DNA of 64,000 nt from Vicugna vicugna. Its lineage: Eukaryota. The notes beneath the pieces were generated by a model that saw only the letters and a program-made list of their open reading frames with translations, was not told the origin of the DNA and did no database searches. Within the stretch, counting starts at the first letter, position 1; each line of letters opens with the position of its first letter. The DNA is taken from assembly GCA_013265495.1 (NCBI GenBank), contig MU058584.1, positions 1,648,616 through 1,712,615 on the forward strand, read 5' to 3'. This document shows positions 60,171 through 64,000 of the stretch, in pieces. A program made the translations under genes and the position numbers.

Positions 60171-61089
60171 CTTTAGTAACGTTCCTTAGAGATGTCGTAA
60201 GAACATTCTAATATATAATAGATATTCTGAATGGGGTTTTTTTGGTCCTTCTCTTGAGATGAAGGGCCAGACTGTGCTAACCATTTCAATGAGCCCAGCA
60301 GACAGCAGCCAAGTGCCCAGAGAAGCCATGACCTGTCATCATCAACATAGATGAGGGGGTCTGTAATATTGATCCCAGTACCATTTACTGCATTTATAAA
60401 CGGGAGCCCCATAAGCACTGGTGACAGTTGTTTCCTAGATTGGGGGATAAAAATTGTTGATAGAGAAACTTAGTTGACTTCATATAGCATTAGCATCATG
60501 CGAGTAAACAGTGCATCTCAATCCCACTTTAAGTTAGGTTTTGGTCAAGGTTTGTGTAAATTAAAATCTGTTTTTTAACTAGTCAACTACCTAAGGCTTT
60601 CTTACCAATTCAGGAGAAGGTGAGGATAAAGCAAAAGGAAGTAGAGGTTATCCCTAGTAACCTTGTTTATTAAATGTACAGAGGAAAACAACAAACTTGT
60701 AACCATACATGATCTTGGAGATTAAAATGGGGGAAAAATAGATGGTAAAGAATTTGTACCAGGAGGAAGAGGGCTGGGGGGTTGAATTTGGGCTCACCAT
60801 ATGGAATGGGTGGCATTAAGGGGTCAGGTCAAGGCATGACAAGGTCTGAACGACAGACTCAAGCTGCGTCACAAACAGAGTGAGAACCGTATTTCAGAAG
60901 AGAGACGAGGTAGACGTTTACTACTCATAACCCCCCAAGAGGACAGAAAGCCGGAGCAAGCTCTGTTTTTAAGGCAGCATTCAAGAGTTTGCTTATGGGT
61001 TTAGATTTCTTCTATCCACAGTGAATACCTAACTGCCCGGGGGCTTTACACCATGTTACGAAAGATACCAGACGCTGAGAGAGTCATGT

Positions 61090-61325
61090 GCTGAGAAGTG
61101 CTTGGATCTCAGAGTCCGACGTAACTGTAGTTCAGTCCAGTTTCTACCACTTGCTAATTGTGTGGCCTTGAATAATTTACTTCATACTTCTCTGAGTTCA
61201 TTCCTTTTTCTATGAAAAAGAAATAATAATACATACTTTCTTGGATGATTACAAGGTTTAAACAACATATAAGGAAAGGGTGGCAAACAGATTAAGTGTT
61301 CAGTAAGTATTGTAGTTAATATTGC
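61090..61325 (+). mobile_element. MIR SINE
   Basis: 'ctaccacttgctaattgtgtggccttgaataatttactt...tctctgagttca'. Confidence 0.75.
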
Positions 61326-61946
61326 CAGAAAATATGGATTCAGTTTCTCTCAGGTGCCTATTTTGTGGCTTCGGTAAGTTACCCATGTCCCTAGACCTCA
61401 ATTTTCTTTTCTGTGTAATTAGGATATAGTTCATTTATGAGGCTCAGAGAGTCCCCAGAATTTTAAAAAATTGAATATAAATATTGTAATTGGGGTCTGC
61501 AGCACATCCTTCTGCCTTGCCTTCAAGAAGCCTGGGAATTGATTATTAATGCGTCTGTACTTTCCTTAGAGTGAAGTGAATAATTCTACTTGAGACTAAG
61601 TGGAGTTTTCGAACTAGGGTAAAGAAAGGGAGAGATGTTCAGCTGGAATATATTCTCATGTACAGTACCTGCCCCCTGTGAATACGCTAGCACACTTTGC
61701 ACAGATGTCTCTTTGTTTCCAAACAGGAAACTAATTGCCTTTCTTGTTTCAGTCTGAGAAGTTTTCCTATATTGCTCCACAAATGATCGGAGACACCTCT
61801 CAAACTTTGCAGAGCATCTCCCCCAATGGCATCTTTGCCCAGATGCCTCTCAAGTGCCTCACGTTGCAAGAGACAACCTTCATCGTTTAAACTGCTCATT
61901 ACCTTTATTCCATTACCCTATAACTCTGGTTTCCCAATTGTTCAGG

Positions 61947-61963
61947 CGCACACACACACACAC
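61947..61963. repeat. (CA)n microsatellite
   Basis: Direct read. Confidence 0.8.
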
Positions 61964-63454
61964 ATCAGACACGCACATCAGAAAGGGTGAGTGAGGAGAA
62001 AATGCTTTCAGGCTTCATGCCAAAATCAGGAATCCTTCCCTTGTTGTTGTTCATAACTGGTGATCAAGGGATGGTGAAATCCTCCAGACTGAGCATAGGA
62101 GCCGGAAACGCTGTTCCCACAAGATGTGTACCTCACAAGCAGCAGCTACCCGCCATGCCCAGCTTCCCCAGTGCCCCTGTTGTTTCCTTAGCAACCAAGC
62201 AGAGAGCCTGGCATATCCCAGAAAGTCCTGCACAGTTGCTACGGAAACCCCAGGGCTTTCCTAATTAGAGCCAGGTTGAACTGTAGCTAGTGAGGATGGG
62301 CAGACTTTTTCCTTTGGGAAACCTCTTCTTAAAAGGCAAATCAGAGCACCCCTAAACTGTCCACATTTTTCCTCTCACCCTGGTGAGATATGCCCACTCA
62401 ATTTGCCTTAACAGCTCTGGGCCTCCAGGCATTGAAACAGTTTTCAAAATCCTTAGTGTAACATAGAGTTTCATAGCCAGAGAACAAGTAGCTTCCCAGA
62501 TGTTCTGGGACAGACCTGGGCATGGATATATTTGACAGTTTATCATGTGATCTGATTTTCCCTTGTTATGATCGTGGCAAGAGTATGTGGAGTTTCAGAG
62601 AGTTGGTTGGCTGGTGAAGGAGAGATGGAGGGGAACACTGTCCATACTCTTCAGATTATGAGCAGAGATGGGTAGAGACTTGTTCTTCTCGAAAAATCAA
62701 CAAGCTCTTACCTATAGAATGTATTTTTCAACAACAGAAATTTTCTCGATCACTCTAGAAAGCTGCTTTTATCAACTAGATTACAAGTCTGGTCACTGGA
62801 CTGCTCTCAGCTCCCTGACACTTTCTTCCTTTGTCCCTCCCCAGAAAAGCCCGAACTCCCCATCCGCCATGTAGCATTTCCGTTCCTTTAATTTAACAAC
62901 TGGCACTTTTAAAGAAAACCGCATATCCCATGTGGTTTGGGACCACAACCAGCCCACGGTCTCCAACTTCAGGTGAGCCCTTTGCTTACTTGTCTTTGAT
63001 CCATCCCCTTTCCCATTTTTCTCAGTCACTGTTCTTAACCTTCACCTCTTTCTTCCTGCTCCCTGCCTGTCCGTCACTGTCTTCACTCGATGAGCTCTCG
63101 TACAACAGCATCAGAGACTTTAAATCATCTGAAATAAACAGCTTTAACTGCTGAGTGGATTTCTGCAAATTATCTAAATAAGAGCTACTGACTCTTTCCT
63201 TCCAGTTCTTCTTATCCTGCATCTTAAAACATGATGATGACTTTTACAAAGTTCTTCTGGACCTATATAGACCTCAGTTATTGCCCACTCTGTCCTGTGT
63301 CCTCAACCTCTCCTTCAGTACTAATTTTATCCCCTAGGACTATTAACATATGCATCAAGAATTACATCCACAGAAGACAAGACCAGAAATCTCAGATCTC
63401 CTAGCAGCTGCCCTATTTCTCTTCCTTTCCTTAATCAAGCATCTTAAAATATCT

Positions 63455-63660
63455 TTATTCATTCATTCATTTATTTATTCATAGAGTACATTTATTAAAT
63501 CCCTAGTCTTCACTTTTCCAAATACGGGGTTACATTGGTTAATAAGACAAGCAAAATTTCCCTTTCTCTGTGGAGATTACATCCTAGTGAAAGGGCATAG
63601 ATAATAACCAAATAGTGTGTTACAGGGTGAACAGTGCTATGGTGCAAAATTAAAGCCTGA
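63455..63660 (-). mobile_element. L2 3' end
   Basis: (attc)n terminal repeat, 'catttatta', 'ggagattacatcctagtg'. Confidence 0.7.
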
Positions 63661-63674
63661 GAAAAGATAATACA

Positions 63675-64000
63675 AAAGTGAAATCTAAAAAGAAAACTTA
63701 CAATTCAAAATAGCACCAAAAAAAAACCACTAAAAACATGGGAAATTACAACGAGATATGTAAGACTCTACAGAGAAAACTGTGACATATTACTGAGCTA
63801 AACAAACAAACAAACAAACAAATAAATAAATAAATAGGCTAAGTTATTGTATTAGAAATTTCAGTATCATGCAGATGTCATTTCTCTTCAAGTTCATCTA
63901 TACATTCAGTGCAATTAATCAAATTCCAATTCAAAATGGAAAGGACCAAAAAGAGCCAAGACAATCATGAAGAACAAAATTGGAGGACTTACAGTAATTA
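63675..64000 (+). mobile_element. Old L1 ORF2 fragment with an internal (AAAC)n(AAAT)n repeat, running off the window end
   Basis: 'aagttcatctatacattcagtgcaatt', 'agccaagacaatcatgaagaacaaaattggaggactt'. Confidence 0.75.

Noticed and set aside
1..64000. CRISPR array, operons, rRNA or other prokaryotic systems
   Set aside because: This is mammalian repeat-rich DNA; no regularly spaced repeat-spacer array, long ORFs or rRNA-like sequence were seen.

Overview
AT-rich, repeat-dense mammalian non-coding DNA (intergenic or deep intronic), very probably from a camelid: it carries three tRNA-derived SINEs of the camelid Vic-1 type and cetartiodactyl-type L1 3' ends. I found no supportable intact protein-coding exon, RNA gene or CRISPR array; the ORF track consists of L1 ORF2 debris and chance ORFs. 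Much of the window is decayed transposons: a ~14 kb nested L1 cluster (3.5-17.4 kb), L2, MIR, MaLR/ERVL LTRs, hAT MERs and two ERV1-type solo LTRs of one family. The most interesting item is a ~560 bp decayed minus-strand coding remnant at ~54304-54866. It aligns by eye with the Ty3/Gypsy Gag-derived RTL/SIRH/Mart proteins (DUF4939 domain), with N-terminal motifs resembling RTL10/BOP, and has an acceptor-like splice signal just upstream of a candidate ATG. It may be an undescribed lost RTL paralogue. Also notable are a twin-primed L1 inversion, a candidate short L1 3' transduction and several motif-dense, repeat-free candidate enhancers. All repeat family names and protein similarities come from recall, not from database searches, and boundaries of old repeats are approximate.
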